Below, piece after piece: positions 62,380 to 64,000 of a stretch of DNA of 64,000 nucleotides. The stretch comes from a virus. Its lineage: Duplodnaviria; Heunggongvirae; Uroviricota; Caudoviricetes. Within the stretch, counting starts at the first letter, position 1; every line of letters begins with the position of its first letter. The DNA lies in the IMG/VR virus record IMGVR_UViG_3300025316_000590, positions 134 to 64,133 of that record. One strand, written 5' to 3'. The notes beneath the pieces are model-generated. The model worked only from the letters and a program-made list of their open reading frames with translations, ran no database searches and was not told the DNA's origin. The position numbers and the translations under genes were made by a program.

Positions 62380-63167
62380 GCTTCACGTTCGCCGTCACTG
62401 CGTTTCAGGAGAGCAGTACCCGTCGCCGTTGCGGCGAGCGTATTCGGGCATGCCTGCGGGCTGCACAGGATCATCCCGACATCAATGAAATCACGGTCGT
62501 TGACGACTGTAGCGAGGACTACGACGCCCTCGTGCAAATCCTCGCTCCATTTTCCAAGGTTGTTCTTCACCGTAATGACCGCCGCTTGAAATGCTTCGGC
62601 AACAAGATCGAGGCGATTGTTCGCAGCACGTCCGAATGGGTCATCACGTGTGACAGCGACAATGTGATGAGCCGTGAATATTTGGACCTGGTGATCAGCA
62701 GGGCGAAGCGGCCCACGTCGTGGTACTGCCCCACGTTTGCTAGGCCGCTGTTCAACTACCGCAGCGTCGTCGGCACGTGGAACGGACGCAATATCAAAGA
62801 CGCCGCAGCCCAATCCTGCTTCTGCTGCTTTATCAACACGGGCAACCAGACTGTTAGACGGGACGAGTTCACGACCGTGTTCAGCCCGTACCGTGGCAGA
62901 TCGCTCAGTTCGTTCATGCCCGATATTATAGGATTAGGTCACGGGTATCCGGACGGCGTGTGGGACGGCAACGATTCCAGAACTTTTAACCTCATCTGGC
63001 TGCGGGCAGGTGGGCAACTGGATGCTGTGGCTGGAATGGAATACGAGCATACGGCCAATGATTCTGAACAAGGCAACTACGTGATTTGTGCTCAGGATCC
63101 ACGATGTGGTGAGATTGGGCAGGTCATCGACAAATTATTTGAGGAGGAAATATGTCCGGTGTCATAA
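62376..63167 (+). CDS. Glycosyltransferase family 2
   Basis: VVDDCSED, DSDN. Confidence 0.75.
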   Translation: MSFTFAVTAFQESSTRRRCGERIRACLRAAQDHPDINEITVVDDCSEDYDALVQILAPFSKVVLHRNDRRLKCFGNKIEAIVRSTSEWVITCDSDNVMSREYLDLVISRAKRPTSWYCPTFARPLFNYRSVVGTWNGRNIKDAAAQSCFCCFINTGNQTVRRDEFTTVFSPYRGRSLSSFMPDIIGLGHGYPDGVWDGNDSRTFNLIWLRAGGQLDAVAGMEYEHTANDSEQGNYVICAQDPRCGEIGQVIDKLFEEEICPVS

Positions 63168-64000
63168 CAATGTCGAATCTTGGTCGCTACGGTCGACTGG
63201 CGAACCAAGTTTTTCAGGCTTCGTTTCTCCACTGCTACGCCAAAATGTACGGTCTCACTGTGCAGGCCCCGCGTCCCGAGGGATGGCCATTCGATTTCTG
63301 GTTCGAGCCTGTGACGACGGCCACCGTGCCGCTTGAGGAAACGTATAACTCTCAGGGTAAGCCTGATTTCGGAACAAGACCGCCTGCCGGGCCGGAGTTC
63401 GTTAACCGCGAATTCCTCGGCTATGCCCAGTGGAACACGTCATGGTACAAGCCCTGGAAGGACGAGCTACAGAAGTGGTTCACCATTGACCGACCAGCTC
63501 TCGGTGACGGGACGAATACCGTTGTTGGTATCCATCATCGGGCAGGTGATTACGATAACAAGACCATCAAGTGGCGAGCACCCTGGGCATGGTACGAAAA
63601 CTGGCTGGCCGCGAACTGGAGCCGCCTGAAGAACCCGATATTAGTCATCGCTTCCGAAGGTCCGGTTCCGGAAGACCTCCGCACGCCGGCACCGCCGCGA
63701 ATACTTTCTGGATCGCCAGAGGAGGACTGGGCCGATCTTGCCCACTGCGACATCGTGCTGTGCCCGAACAGTACTTACAGCTATGCAGCAGCTATGATGA
63801 ATCCAAACCTTAAGGAGGCGTGGCGAGCCTGTTTGCCCGCTGGCGGGTTTGTTCGGTTCGATCCGTGGGATTCCACACCACTGCTTTACGACCAGTGTGA
63901 GGTGTACTGGAAGATTCTTGGTATGCCCGAGCCGCCGCCTCCGCCGGCTCCGCCGAGATCGACGAGCAACCGAGTCAGCGTCATCATTCCGTGTTACAAT
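63152..64000 (+). CDS. GT11 (alpha-1,2-fucosyltransferase-like) fused to a GT2 domain, truncated at window end; absent from ORF track
   Basis: GAGGAGG SD; GRLANQVFQ, GIHHRAGDY, NSTYS; Pro linker then VSVIIPCYN. Confidence 0.85.
   Translation, partial: MSGVITMSNLGRYGRLANQVFQASFLHCYAKMYGLTVQAPRPEGWPFDFWFEPVTTATVPLEETYNSQGKPDFGTRPPAGPEFVNREFLGYAQWNTSWYKPWKDELQKWFTIDRPALGDGTNTVVGIHHRAGDYDNKTIKWRAPWAWYENWLAANWSRLKNPILVIASEGPVPEDLRTPAPPRILSGSPEEDWADLAHCDIVLCPNSTYSYAAAMMNPNLKEAWRACLPAGGFVRFDPWDSTPLLYDQCEVYWKILGMPEPPPPPAPPRSTSNRVSVIIPCYN

Overview
The window looks like part of a large, GC-rich tailed phage or prophage genome. The head genes are spread far apart: terminase large subunit with a LAGLIDADG intein at 16.4-19.2 kb, Mu gp29/DUF935-like portal at 24.8-27.0 kb, and a Mu gpI-like protease-scaffold at 48.3-50.7 kb. 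About 27.7 kb of coding sequence between and around them encodes modular polyproteins of up to 3461 aa. Their modules are punctuated by a recurring peptide, (L)D[VI]P-[LIV]-x-L-G-D-x-x-G-H-x-F-[HR]-G-N-Q-[YWFH]. I count 20 copies in 7 ORFs, plus three alternative header motifs behind the same hydrophobic-x-Leu-[G/S/A] site. I infer a capsid-cargo system: polyproteins are packaged, then cut by the prohead protease into many effectors (PI3/4K-HipA-like kinases with candidate immunity genes, HD, ART-like, pyrophosphatase-like, HAD, HExxH peptidase), each with a standard new N-terminus. Other notable items: an HNH endonuclease gene lying antisense and in register inside the largest polyprotein; a GIY-YIG element that has replaced its neighbour's 3' end; four sigma54-type promoters driving a minus-strand small-gene cluster; a tRNA-like gene with a CUA-containing loop; and a 13 kb branched/dideoxy-sugar and glycosyltransferase operon running off the right edge. 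No major capsid, tail, integrase or replication gene was recognised. All family calls come from reading motifs by eye, not from database searches.
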